A stretch of 42,332 nt of DNA from the NCBI GenBank assembly GCA_039621445.1, contig CP154954.1, positions 7,575,425 through 7,617,756 on the forward strand, written 5' to 3'. The DNA is from Euglena gracilis. Lineage: Eukaryota. The number at the start of each line of letters is the position of its first letter. Position 1 is the stretch's first letter. The notes under the pieces were generated by a model. The model made no database searches. It was not told the origin of the DNA and saw only the letters and a program-made list of their open reading frames with translations. The position numbers and the translations under genes are program-made. This document shows positions 12,801-24,120 of this stretch, piece by piece.

Positions 12801-15800
12801 CCCCTTGCAATCAAACCTTAAAAAGAAACCACTCCGTCACTCCCCCCCCCGTCGGTTGCCATTCAGCAGGCAGTGCCGTGGGCGGGAAATGCCCACGATC
12901 TGGCGGGCCTCGTGGTGGCCGGTGAGGCCCCACTGCGGGTACCACACCTGTGACGGGAGAGAGGGAGGGAGCGGTAAGAGCCAAACTGGGAGAAATGGCC
13001 CCAGTGAACGCCATGAGTCCACCTTCTTCACAACAACAACTTCCAAAACTTCAGAATCCCGTGCCTGTGCTCCCAACAATCCGCCACAACCCCATCAAAT
13101 GGCATATCCAGGGGGTAACACTGAGCATCCGCACTAAAAAAAAAAACACCCTTAAATCCCAGCTGCACACGTTTGCATTGGAAGTTTGGGAACAAACACA
13201 CACTCGTGTCAAACGTCTTCATTCCCCCTCGATATGTGTGGGGGGGGGCATTCAACCTCATCCCAGAATCCCACGCTGTGTGTGCACTACCAAGGCCCTG
13301 TCCAACACAGCAGTGCCTCCAGCAGTGTGCCACAGCGCTGCATGCAAATCAGCGACCAGTCATGCGGGAGGCATCCCCGACATTTTTGTGTCTTCCTATG
13401 AGTCAATCCAAATCCTGTCCAGGCATAGGGGCAAGAGGTCCAAACTGGGGTGCACAGTCTTTGTTCTCATCTTTGGGCACCTGTGCACCTGTGCTCCTGT
13501 CAGCGCTGGCTGGGGAGGCAGTATGAATGATATAATATGTCCCCTCACCATTGAGACGGAGAGCAAGGAAGGTGGAAAAGATTCATTTTTTGAAGCTTAT
13601 TTCATCTGTCTTAAATTTTTTGTACGATTCAGTTTTGCCAAACTGGCCTGCTTTTTTTGTGGGGGAGAACAAGATCCCAAAATTATTTAAAAAAATGTGC
13701 ATTTGGGTGGTAATTTTTTTGTTTGAATAAACATGGTTATCCCACCTGGTTCTGAGACAAGTGTCAACTACGAAGGGGTTACCATGGCAGGGGGAAACAT
13801 GAAGCCGAGTCTTGACGCAGCTGACAACTGACAGGACTGCGGGAATGGTGGGGTAGGGAGCCTAACAGCTTGGACAGCCCAAATTGACAGCTGACCACAG
13901 ACGGACACCCAGGGAGAGGGTGCAGGGAGGCACCTTGTACACCGCCTTCTTGGGCCCCTGCTTGGTCTGCAGCGCCACAATGTCCCCCACCACGGGGCCA
14001 GCCGGGCCGGCAACCTCCACGTGGTCGCCAACCTGGTAGGGCACCTCCCGGGGGCACCGCCCAGCGCTGGTGCCAAACTTACTAATACTATTAATAATAT
14101 TATTTTTTATAAATCATAATGATAACACATAAAATAAAATAAAATAAAATAAAATAAAACAAAAAAATAAATATGTAAAACAAAACAAACCAAACCAAAA
14201 TAAGTTACCCTTGGATAAATGCATCATTTCCACAACGACAAACTGCCAATCCCTGGTACTGACAGGTCGACCAGCACCGCAGACGGTGATACTTTCTCAC
14301 AAACTGGCAGGAACTGGCTTCTGGGCGGGAGCCTGCCAAGATCTCAGGGATGCTAGTTTCCCAGGCAGGGCCCTGGTTTGATTTGATGACAGGGCCTTGA
14401 TTTCTGGGCAGGGCAATTACGGGTGGATCACATGGACGCCAGCTCTGACAGGTCCATCAGTGCAAGGTACCTCCCCCCCCAAGCCTGCTGAACACTAAAA
14501 TGGCCTAGATGGTCCGGACGGGGGACGTTCAATGGGGACGGGTTGCACTCTAGATGCTCCGGACCGGACACCCCTGTTCATTGGGCAAGGGGGTTCATTA
14601 GACGTTGGGGGGGGGGTGCCTGGACAAGCTTCCAATACCGAGACCTTGACAGTTTCTTGGGAGGCAACATGGAGTTCCCAGATGACAATTCCCTGGGAGG
14701 GGCAACGGTTTGATATGTTTTTACACCACCCACCTCCATTTTCTCCCCTGGAGAGGAATGGACGGGTGCATTCTGTTATGGGTCCTGGGCCCGGGCCAAC
14801 ACCCGTCAAAGTGCCGTTATGGGCCCTCGATGCCCCAGTGCTGGTGTGCCAACCTACCCAGCCTCCCCCCCCCCCCCCGGGACCGAAAGTGTCACCCCCA
14901 CCTCAAACCAACAGCCCACTTGGGGGGAGCAAAACCTGGAAGCCTGCCACTTCGGACGCAAGGTGAGGGTGAATTGGTGCTGAACAGCAGCAGAGGAGGT
15001 CAACTCTTCACTCCGTTGACAGAACATGTGTCTGCTGCTGTGGAGGTGGTTTGCACTCCGCAGGGATGCAGACGGGGCAGAACCGATGGCAGGGGCAGCA
15101 TTCCAGGTTGGGGGGGGGGGGGATGATGAGCAGCTTTCATGTCCTGCCAGAACAAAGCCACATCACGAAATCACTGTAGAAATGAGCCAAAATTGGTCGA
15201 AAAATGGCCGTGACTCGGGCTACACGAAGAGTTGGTGGAAAAGTAAACCATGGTTGGATAGGGCATTCCGAGGCCTTCATTTTGCTCTCTGGACATCCCG
15301 TTTCCTCCACACACAACAAGAAGTCGGGCTTGCTTTCCACTATGATGAGTGGCTTGTTGTCATATCTTTGGGGAAAATGCATTAACGCAAGCAGGCATTT
15401 TTTGTTGTTGTTTTTTGGGACCATTTTTTGTTCAAAAAATCGATTTCCCCAAAATATCGTGACAATGAAGAAAAATCAAAGCAAAATTTACCAGCCCATT
15501 GAACAAATTTAAAAACCCGTGCCCTGTGTGCCAGAACCTCAGCTCCCCAATAACACCTTTTCTGGTGCTTGGGTGGGGTGAAGCCAACCCTGCTCACTCA
15601 TCACCGAGAGCCTCTGCTCGTCTCGCAGCTGAGGAGACGGGAGAAGCCGTGGGCACAATAAACCATACACAAGGAAGGGGTCGGCGAATCTCTCCCTCTC
15701 CCCCCTCTTCCCTTCACATTGCCCCATTATGTATACAAATATTCTCGGCATCTTCAGTCGCAAAGCACCAAATACATTCAAAATAATCAAATTTGGAAAA

Positions 15801-18461
15801 TATGCTCGCCATTCCACAAAGGATTAGACTTTATTATATGTCAACTAAAAAGAAAAAATTGGCTGACACAAACAGAAAATAATTAAAATAATTAAATGTA
15901 TTTTAAGAGAAATACAGCAATGCAACAAAGCGAGGAGGACTTTAAGCATTGCTGTGACGCACAAACTCAACACAAAAATGCAGCATTTATTGGCTGTCCG
16001 TGTGAAAAACATCTCCCCTCCCCAATCTGTCCCACACACTGTCACGCGCCCAATGTTCAGAACAGAGGCACACAACGCTGACACCCTTCCTGTGCGCTCC
16101 AGCGGAACCGACGACCCCATCAAGTCCAAGGCACGCCAATGATCCAAGAATGTGTGTGGACAGACAAGGGGGACAGTGGGACCCAACGACTGGGGGGGGG
16201 GGACGATGGGGAACTGCAGGGGCTGGGAGTGATGGCCAGCGTTCAACAAACACTTCGCTTTAAAAAAAAGGAAAATGACGAAAAAATTGGACGTCTTTCC
16301 GGGGGGGGAGGCAGGCCGAAAATATGGGAAAATTGATTCCCAGCGTCCACCGTGCCACAATTGAACGTGGTCTCGGTGGAACCCAGAACACACGGGGCTT
16401 CTCAAAAAAACGGAGGTCTGTTCAATACAGAGCATCTAAAAGTCCATGCTTGGTTGCATAATCGCACGTTCAGCCGAAAAAGGAAAAAAAGTCTAGCCCA
16501 ACAATGTCCCCAAATAACCCCACCTTTGGGGATGGAGTTTGTCCAGTGAATATTATTTGGGGGATGTTTTTTTTTTGCTCTTTTGCATGTTTGATGGGAT
16601 AACACATTCTGCTGGCTTGGAGAAAAATGCGGGGAGCCTGCAAAAATTGCTGGCGGCCCACCCACCTATGCCCCCAAACTACACATTCATCAGTGCCTAA
16701 AATGTGTGTGTCCCCCCCATGCTCTGAATAGCAGGGGGAGATGCAGGTCAAAAAGAACTGTGATTTAAGCGACATTTCATCACTTGGTATCTGGGATGGA
16801 TGGCAGCATAAATACTCGACCCACACTTCGCGGCCGTGATTGTGATGCCCCCAAGCCAAGGGTGGGTTACCAGCCCAGAAGGCTTTCCTTGGTTTGTGAG
16901 GGGGGGTTGGGCCAGAGGGGATCCAGTGAAGGCCCCCAAGAGGGATTGTGTACACTTTTGGGACAACCCGGTTTGATGCTCAGCCCGGACCATGGGGTTT
17001 TCTTAAGGACAGCCCGGGGAGGAAGGGGTCCCGCAGGCCAGCTGGAAAACAGGTGCTGGCTGGACCCCCCCCCCCCCTGGAGGGTGGGGTCCCCTCCGGC
17101 TTAAGGAAATCTTATAGCAGCGAGGCCATACCGGCCTTTCCGCCGAAGTACCCCTGCAGGCAGCCCGCACAGAACCGCTTGCCGCACTTCAGGCGGTCCG
17201 CACATCGGAGCAGCTGGGCAGGAGCCGGTCCCTCGACTGGAACGATACAACATTAACAAACTGGAACCAATATGCCGGAGTTTATGGAAAGAGACTTTGA
17301 ATTTTTTTTACAAATTACACTGTCCCAGGGCTGCAGGGGTTGTTTGGTCCGGTTTTTTTTTGGTGGGGGGGGACGTCGAGATTCAGTGAGAACGCAAGCA
17401 CTTGCCAAATTTATGGGTTTTTTTTGCAGACCTCTCATTGGTTGAATAATGCAAACCTATATTTTCACTTCACCCCAAATCCTTGGCACATTTCGTCCGA
17501 GTTTCCTGCCGTCTTCGACCTGTTTTGGTGCTGCCTTGGCTCAAACGGGCATCCTTCAAAGAAAAGCAATGATTCCGTTGCAGGGTGCTATTGGCTCCAG
17601 TGCACTGGGATCCCTGTCTCGAGACCCACATGGCTCGGACTCTGACTTCAGGGTAAGGGGTTGGGCTGGAATTCAGAATCTGACGTCCCCCTGAGTATCA
17701 ACCACGGGAAAATATTTCCTCCTGGGAGACACTGAATGGCTGCGTCTCCAAGGGGTTCTGGTGTCAGAGAGGCCGGGTCGGGAGCAGCGGCGGCGGCGCC
17801 ACAGAAGACACACCGCTCCTTTTCTTGCGTCTGGCAGAGGGCACCAGCCGTGAACGGAATCTGACACAGAGCACACCAAACGATCCGGACTCTTCTGGTG
17901 GGTGGTTCTCAGACCAGCTCTCGTGTGCAAAACAGAACTAAAAAAAATGAGAATACAAAAAACAGACAAAAGGAGGTGTTTGTGTGTCTGTGCGAGTGCA
18001 CATATAGTATGTGCACTGTGTCTGCCTTTCTGATGGTAAAATGTGTGCCACCACAGTTATGCCAAATCATGCCAGTGCCCCGCTTCGCATGACCCTCGGA
18101 GCACAGCGCAAAGCGACCGAACCAGGGGTCGTAGGCGAGCAAAGGGTGGAAGAGGCCCCCATTGCGCGCCTCATGGTTCATGGGAGTGCGTTTTTTTTAG
18201 TCTATGACTGATATACATACATAGATACATACATACATAGATACATACATACATACACACATGCATGCATCCATACATCCATACATCCATACATCCATCC
18301 ATACATACATACATACATACATACATACATACATACATACATACATACATACATACATACATACATACATACATACATACATACATACATACATACATAC
18401 ATACATACATACATACATACATACATACATACATACATACATACATACATACATACATACA

Positions 18462-18493
<32 letters not shown>

Positions 18494-18504
18494 CATACAT
18501 ACAT

Positions 18505-18537
<33 letters not shown>

Positions 18538-21500
18538 TACATACATACATACATACATACATACATACATACATACATACATACATACATACATACATAC
18601 ATACATACATACATACATACATACATACATACATACATACATACATACATACATACATACATGCATGCATACATACATACATCCATCCATCCATCCATCC
18701 ATCCATCCATCCATCCATCCATCCATCCATCCATCCATACATACATACATACATACATACATACATACATACATACATACATACATACATACATACATAC
18801 ATACATACATACATACATACATACATACATACATACATACATACATACATACATACATACATACATACATACATACATTACACACACATACATACATACA
18901 TACATACATACATACATACATACATACATACATACATACATACATACATACATACATACATACATACATACATACATACATACATACATACATACATACA
19001 TACATACATACATACATACATACATACATACATACATACATACATACATACATACATACATACATACATACATACATACATACATACATACATACATACA
19101 TACATACATACATACATACATACATACATACATACATACATTACCATAAGCAATATTTACCCAACCTTCAACCTTTTACCATTAATCATTATTACTTGGT
19201 TGTTGATATTGTTTCCTGAATCGTTGTTGTGCCATTCCTTCGAGTATATTTCCCTTCGATTAAAATTTCATTTTTTCTGTTATTCAGACCAGAAACCAAA
19301 AAGACTTTGAGGTCTTCTGTCAGTTTGACCCCTGCCACCAAAGAGCATTCGTCCTTTTTTTTTAAACAGAAAACAATTAAAAATAAAAACTACAACAGCA
19401 ACTTGTATTTGAACCGATGCTGGATGACGTTGCCTCAAAAAGAAATGGGAGTGGAAGCTTGGAGACTGCCAAATCATCAAGCCATTGGACAGCCATGCTT
19501 CATCTGCAAATATGTGGCACAGAAATGAATAACCCATGGTAGCAACGACGAGCAGCAACCAGAAGCAGGGGTCTCAGTGGCGGTTGGTTGTGGCGTTGCC
19601 GCAGCCGTGCACACAGCGCTCGAAGGGGAGCGGGATGCTGCACGCAGGGCCTTCGGCAAACCGGGAACGGAATCAACAACCACAGCAACACCCCCACACA
19701 CACAGCCAGGCTCAAACCAGCAGTCAAAGCCCATATGTGCCGGTCGGACACCGAGGGGGATTCTACGACAAAGAGACTGAAGAAGACTGGTCGTTTAGTT
19801 AAAGCAACGAATTGCCGCTTTGTTCTCACCGAAAAGACGTCAGGGGTGCAGGGATGGGTCATGGCGCTTCCCACCCCAAAACCGAACCTTCTCCCCTGTG
19901 CTTTCTCCCATTGACTGTAAAATGACAGTGATTTCTCCGTTGGCGGGGGGTGCGCACTTTAGGGAGGTAGTTTCGGACCCTTGGTGGGTGCGCACTTATT
20001 AGGGCACTGCGCACTTATTAGGGGGGGGGGGAGGTTAGTGGGGGAAAAAACCCGCGTCGGGGACCGCTGTCCAGGCATTATTATTTTTTAAGGCGCCTTA
20101 AAAATCCTTAAAAAAACCTTAAAAACCCTTAAATTTTTTTTGCCAAAATGCCTTAAAACCCCTTAAAAAACCTTAAAAACCTTAAAAAATCACCCCGGGG
20201 AAGTTTTTCTTCCCTGTGATGATAGCATTTCTGAAACCCTGCATAAAGCCAGTCAATGCAGCTGCGATTGAAAACAAACAATATGAAAACCGGATTGTTT
20301 GCCAAGGTTTCTTGGATAAGTCGGTTGGCCTCGCTTCACCAAAGGCTGTGACACACGGCCAGAAAAAGCAAAACTTGCAACCACATCTTTCTTGATTTGA
20401 ATTACTTGAGACATTCTCAGACGAGTCAACCCAAATTGCTCAAAAGTGCAATTGTAGCAAAAGTTGCATGAACAACAAAAAAATCCCAATTTGGGGCAAT
20501 TTACTACGCTGGAGCAGTTTCCCACACTTGCCACAGCATTTCAAGAAGCGAAACAGCACGTTCTCCAATTGAGCGCTGACTGCGCGAATTTTTCCAACTT
20601 TTTTTTGCCCAAGCACGCGAAAGTTTTGATCCCCGCACTTATGTGCAGCAGTTAGAAGAAATTTCTCATTTGGAGCAGAAATCTTGCCATTGTGGAGAAA
20701 TTCCTGCTGAATTTGCAAGCTTTCACACCCAAAATCTCGAATATCGCAAGTAGGATTGAGAGTTTGCAACAACAGTGGCAAAATGACACAGTGGATATCC
20801 GAACCGCAATCGCGGATTTGCAGACCCGCAATGCGGCAACCCGTGCACCCACACCAGATAGCCTCATGAACACCGAGGAAAAAATCAAATTTTTTTCATG
20901 TGAGCAATACCAAATGTGTGCCCACGCAGTGTGTCGCCATGCACATTGCTCAACACCTTGTTGCATGGGATGCAGAGTGGGTCACGAAACTCAAAACTCG
21001 AAACCATCCTTTTTTTTCATTGCAATTACTTCAAATTTCTGACCCTATTCAGGACATTTGCTTGCCTTTTGACAATGACTGTCCCTCATGGACCGCCCTG
21101 ATCCCCGTGCTTCGCCCTAGGCTTCTTCCTTGGGCGTTCCGAAGCCACAGAGGAGTCTGAAGCCATCGGGCCATCTTTGCCTTAAAAAACCTTAAAATTT
21201 TTTAAAAATCCTCAAAAAACCTTAAAAACCCTTAAAAAAAACGGCTTAAAAAATTGAGAGATTTCGCCTTTAAAAAAATAATGCCTGCCGCTCTTGCCCC
21301 AGCGGGGTAAGTGGAGTGGTACTTCCGAAGCCCTGGGGGTGGCGGATGAGGGCCGGAAGGACAGGGCTCGGGCATCGGGTGCAGTGCCACCCACTGTACT
21401 CTGTGACACGCATGGGTGGATGGCGCGGCGATACCAACGTTGCACATATTAAATGAGATGTGCGTTTGGTAGCCCTAAACCACCCGTCCCCCGGGGGTCC

Positions 21501-24085
21501 GTGATCTGACACAGGGGGCTCCGGCCCACATGCCCTAAAGAAGAGGGGCCCGAGGCCAAACTCTCCTGTCTTTCTGTCCTGACTTCCGGCGATGGCAAAC
21601 GTGTGGTATGGAAGGCTTGTTTGGGTTTGGGGGTATTTTGGTTAGGAATAGGGTTAGGGTCAAAGGTCAAGAACAGGATTTGGGGATCAGGATTTAGGCA
21701 ATTTGACTTTAAATCAGTTCTAAAATGGCCCAATTGTTGGGCTGAATTTTAGGCTAACCTCCTAAATTTGGCCAAACCCTAACCCTAGCCCTCTAAGGTG
21801 GTTAAGGTACAGCAGCGATACACTACTGCCCCCCCCCCCCGGTGATCCAGTAGTCCAGTGGTTTAGTGGGGGGTTTTATTTCTGCAGGGAAGCTGATGGA
21901 GGTTTCATTTTTGGTGCATTTTTTTTAATATAGAAATAGGGTTGGGAACATGCTTGTGCTTACCAACCGGGGGGGGGGGGGTGGGTGCTATAGGGTGCCT
22001 GCCCCTAGCAGGCACACCCCCCCCCCCGGGGGAGGGGGGATAGGGGTCCGGGCCGGACCCAGAAAATTTTCATTGAAAATGGCCTTTTCCGGGCCCCCGG
22101 CGCCTTCGGCGCCGGGGTCGGAGGGGGGTGCCTGCTAGGGGCAGGCACACCCCAAAACCCTACCCCCCCGGGGGGGGGGGTCGGATCGGGTGCTATGGGG
22201 TGCCTGCCCCTAGCACCCACCCCCCCCCGTGGGGTAGGCACCCGACTAAGCGCAAACCTGGTTGGGAATATGGTTGTCCAGGAATCAGTTCCCGCACCTC
22301 TCAATCATAAACTCCTTGGGACCAAAAAGAAAATGAAAATGAATGAAAATGGATTTGTGCGGCACAGGAAAAAATGACACATGGGTGACACATGGCAACC
22401 CATTGGGTGTTGGCAACAGACGGTGCAGGAAGGCAGGAGAGGCATCCCCCACAGGAGACATTTCCTGTGCAGATGTATCCAAGCATCCACAGGACGTACA
22501 GTGCAGCGACCAGCGAATTCTATTTTTAACGAACCCCCCCCCCCGGGGTCCAGCTCAGAGGCTGGAAAATTTGGGCTGGCTGGAAAAAGGCTCCTGGCTG
22601 ACGCCCCCCCCCCCCGGGGTCAAGTTTACCCGTGGTCAAACCGGGTAAACTTCAAAATAACACACAAAAACTGCCAATCATGCAAAAAAAATCGATTTTT
22701 TGATCCCAAAATTGCCCTGGCCAGCCTAAATCCGGCCCATTTCCCCCCATTTTTGGCCCATTTTTTCACCCCACAAAAGCATATAATCCGTTACTGTCCA
22801 GCCGCCCTGAAGTGGCTGAAACATTTTTGTTAACAGAACATCCTCTATATCCTGAAAATGTCCTCACACGAAGCCTCGGGGACATATGAGCATCACAAGC
22901 TGGATATCAAATTATGCAAACGTAGATATTGCATATCTGTTGCGAAGAAGTTCGCCGAAAATGGCAGAATCCAGACAACCTTCCAACAAACTGGAAGCAC
23001 TGGAAGCATGCCACATATCATGAACAGCAGAACCCGATTAGGAAGTCATAAACACTTACATTGGCGAAACCTCAACCGCTCGATGAGCAATTAATTTTGT
23101 TTTGAGGGTCCCAGAACTCGGACTGGGCTCAGAGGGTGCCCAAGCAAATTGGGGTGATGGGAAAAGGCTGAACCATCCCGTCATTGTCCTCCCCCAGATG
23201 GACTCTCCGGCTTGAGCAAAGCCCCCCGCCCAGGGTTTGAGATATGGGCAGGTGGGGGGGCAGACCCCCCTCCAGTCCAGCAGCCCCCCCCCCCCCCGGG
23301 AGAGTGGTGCGGTGCGGGGGACCAATTTTCAGCCCGGCACAAAGCGCCGGCCCAAAAAGGCCAGGTTGGGCAGTTTTGGGGCAAAGCTTTGCCCAAAATA
23401 CCCAAAACTTTCGGCGCCGGAAGGAAAATTTTGAGGCGGGGGCAGGGTTCGATATAAGGAGGGTGTGCGGGTTAGCAGGGGAGGGTCACCCTTCTGGATC
23501 AGAGGCGGAGACCCCCCCTCACCTGGTCCAGACCAAACAGGAGGAGGTACCCGGACCCCCCCAAAAAAACAGCTTTCCAGTTGTATACAGCGGATCCGGT
23601 TGTCGGCCACGGTTTTGGTATTGGGCGGGGGCAGAGTCACAGACCGGTTCGGAGGCGGAAGGCGCAGCGGCGGCGGTGGACCCGGTTGCCGCAGCCCGGC
23701 GCCGCACACGTCACCGTCGGCGCCATCCCGTCGCCCCGGAGGCGCGGAGGACACCCCTTTCAGGCATGTTTTTGAGAAAACCCGTGGAATCGCACGTCGC
23801 ACCGCGGGAAACGGCAGTGTTGTGTTGTGAAAGAAAAAACGAAATGCGAAGCCAAACTGCAGCAGGGACGAGGCGGGGGTTCGAAAACTTCGGCTTCGAA
23901 TGTCTCAGGAGGCACCCCGGAAACGAGATTTGAACGCGCGTGATGACTGCTGCTCCCTGGAAATCACAAGAGGGGGATGAAAACCCCGTTGAATCAGCCC
24001 ACGAATGCAGTGGGGGCTGCGTAAGTGAATGGATGGGTGAGTTGGCGTGGAGCTGCCGCTCGCACACCGCGCAGAATTCCTGCAT
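900..24085 (-). CDS. Multi-exon chromatin-reader-like protein (PHD-like, ADD-like, Tudor/chromo-barrel-like, chromodomain, PHD-like); envelope only, many middle and 3' exons unresolved, could be more than one gene
   Basis: A series of GC-rich minus-strand exons with acceptor/donor signals encodes recognisable histone-reader motifs (listed separately). Further probable exons near 11535-11630, 9134-9240, 8564-8666, 3732-3864, 3010-3078, 2381-2474, 2254-2292 and 926-983. Confidence 0.6.
1033..2222. repeat. 10-bp minisatellite (CACGCCCAGT / CACACGCAGT variants), probably intronic
   Basis: About 1.2 kb of tandem 10-mers, directly visible. Confidence 0.97.
2566..3009 (-). other. Probable nonconventional intron (444 nt) related to the 20072-21287 element family
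   Basis: GGG-CAGGCCTC ... GATGCCTG-ATCCC. The end at 2571 (CAGGCATCATTGTTTAAAG followed by CCTTAAAA arrays) resembles the 20072 terminus. Confidence 0.5.
4583..5252 (-). CDS. PHD-like finger split over exons 5252-5178, 4964-4935 and 4612-4583: [45 protein letters not shown]
   Basis: The C-x2-C...LLQC-x2-C-x4-H-x2-C pattern only appears when two nonconventional introns are removed with the 3+5 rule. Canonical acceptor at 5253 and GTAAG donor at 4582. I did not find the final CxxC. Confidence 0.7.
4613..4934 (-). other. Nonconventional intron (322 nt) in the PHD-like finger
   Basis: GGC-CCCTTCTGGA ... TTCAGAGAGGG-TGCTG pair with one bulge. Join restores H-E-S-C. Confidence 0.6.
4965..5177 (-). 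other. Nonconventional intron (213 nt) in the PHD-like finger
   Basis: TTC-CATCCATCTGCT ... AGCAGTTGGATG-CCGCT (11/12 complementary). Join gives LLQC-C-YC. Confidence 0.78.
6209..6301 (-). CDS. Chromodomain exon 2: (W)[30 protein letters not shown]
   Basis: L-x-W-K-G...TW...EN chromodomain signature. GTATGC donor at 6208. Confidence 0.85.
6302..6878 (-). other. Nonconventional intron (577 nt) splitting the chromodomain
   Basis: GCC-CGGGGCAACGGC ... GTCGCTGCCCCG-CTGCC (10/12 complementary). No AG before the second exon. Frame is preserved. Confidence 0.72.
6879..6972 (-). CDS. Chromodomain exon 1: [31 protein letters not shown]
   Basis: CAG acceptor, very high GC3. F.V..VL matches the chromodomain start. 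Confidence 0.8.
7384..7477 (-). CDS. Exon (S)[31 protein letters not shown]
   Basis: CAG acceptor. A GC donor (CAG|GCACCG) gives a phase-0 join to the chromodomain exon. Confidence 0.55.
7553..7677. repeat. Short degenerate 10-mer array (CCCTGGTCGG)
   Basis: About 5 copies at 7553-7602 and 2-3 more at 7652-7677. Confidence 0.6.
7937..8069 (-). CDS. Exon [43 protein letters not shown]
   Basis: Pyrimidine tract with CAG acceptor, GT donor, phase 2 matching the next exon. Confidence 0.6.
12877..12947 (-). CDS. Tudor/chromo-barrel-like exon 2: [23 protein letters not shown]
   Basis: CAG acceptor. A phase-0 join gives YKVWYPQW, similar to the chromo-barrel motif Y.VHY.GW. The 3' end is approximate. 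Confidence 0.65.
13934..14066 (-). CDS. Tudor/chromo-barrel-like exon 1: [44 protein letters not shown]
   Basis: CAG acceptor and GT donor. The Y.VGD.VEV start is typical of Royal-family barrels. Confidence 0.7.
17132..17236 (-). CDS. ADD-like zinc-finger exon [34 protein letters not shown]
   Basis: CAG acceptor and GTATGG donor. The L-x-C-x5-C-x3-FC-x2-C-L pattern resembles the PHD part of DNMT3/ATRX ADD domains. The upstream exon near 18094-18167 ([19 protein letters not shown]) resembles the ADD GATA-like part. Confidence 0.7.
18213..19141. repeat. (CATA)n microsatellite with CATC and CA patches
   Basis: Directly visible. Confidence 0.98.
20072..21287. mobile_element. 1.2-kb hAT-like element forming nonconventional intron 21290-20067 (minus strand)
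   Basis: About 23-bp TIR CAGGCATTATT(A)TTTTTTAAGGCG at both ends, 6/8 TSD CCGCTGTC / CCGCTCTT, subterminal CCTTAAAAA arrays at 20096-20190 and 21181-21252. Confidence 0.82.
20410..21042 (+). pseudogene. Decayed reading frame inside the intron-forming element, possibly a hAT transposase fragment
   Basis: ORFs 20464-20655 and 20692-21042 share one frame interrupted by [36 protein letters not shown] loosely resembles the LQ-x5-I-x2-A-x2/3-I-x2-L helical segment of hAT transposases. This is by eye only. Confidence 0.4.
21291..21400 (-). CDS. Exon (E)[36 protein letters not shown] (W-x-C-x2-C end of a PHD finger)
   Basis: CAG acceptor ending at 21401, phase 1 compatible with the donor at 23644. 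Ends at a TIR-bounded nonconventional intron. Confidence 0.65.
21949..22260. mobile_element. 312-bp hAT-like MITE
   Basis: TIR CATGCTTGTGCTTA versus CAGGTTTGCGCTTA (11/14). Perfect TSD GTTGGGAA (21941-21948 / 22261-22268). A second copy starts at 27540. Confidence 0.9.
23645..23750 (-). CDS. PHD-like exon ...[31 protein letters not shown]
   Basis: C-x4-C-x4-H-x3-C pattern, GT donor at 23644 (phase 1). The 5' boundary is approximate. Confidence 0.65.
24053..24085 (-). CDS. Probable first exon [11 protein letters not shown] (first CxxC of a PHD-like finger)
   Basis: ATG 6 nt downstream of a pyrimidine-rich tract ending in AAG. The CAVC pair completes the PHD-like pattern of the next exon. The 3' boundary is approximate. 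Confidence 0.6.
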
Positions 24086-24091
24086 CGGATT

Positions 24092-24120
24092 CTTGGAGGA
24101 GCGTCAGAGGGTGGGGGCAG
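24092..24120 (-). promoter_or_regulatory. Candidate spliced-leader trans-splice acceptor of the chromatin-reader gene
   Basis: C-rich tract ending CCAAG, 6 nt before ATG 24085. SL trans-splicing is established in euglenozoans. It could instead be a cis acceptor in the 5' UTR. Confidence 0.4.

Noticed and set aside
16981-17125. Small MITE with ...CTTAAG inverted ends and CAGCCCGG/CAGCGAGG flanks
   Set aside because: The TIR is degenerate and the putative TSD is off by one base, so support is insufficient.
18171-19310. MYVC/HTYI-repeat ORFs on both strands
   Set aside because: Artefact of the (CATA)n microsatellite.
21641-21792. Telomere-like TAGGGTTAGGG / CCCTAACCCTA
   Set aside because: Only 1-2 units in inverted orientation inside an intron, more likely a decayed repeat element than a telomere.
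22400-22510. Extra PHD-like exon (LHCTSCG...IHLHRKC...CTVC)
   Set aside because: It needs a frameshift and I found no consistent splice sites, so it is left unannotated. It could still be a real or decayed exon.
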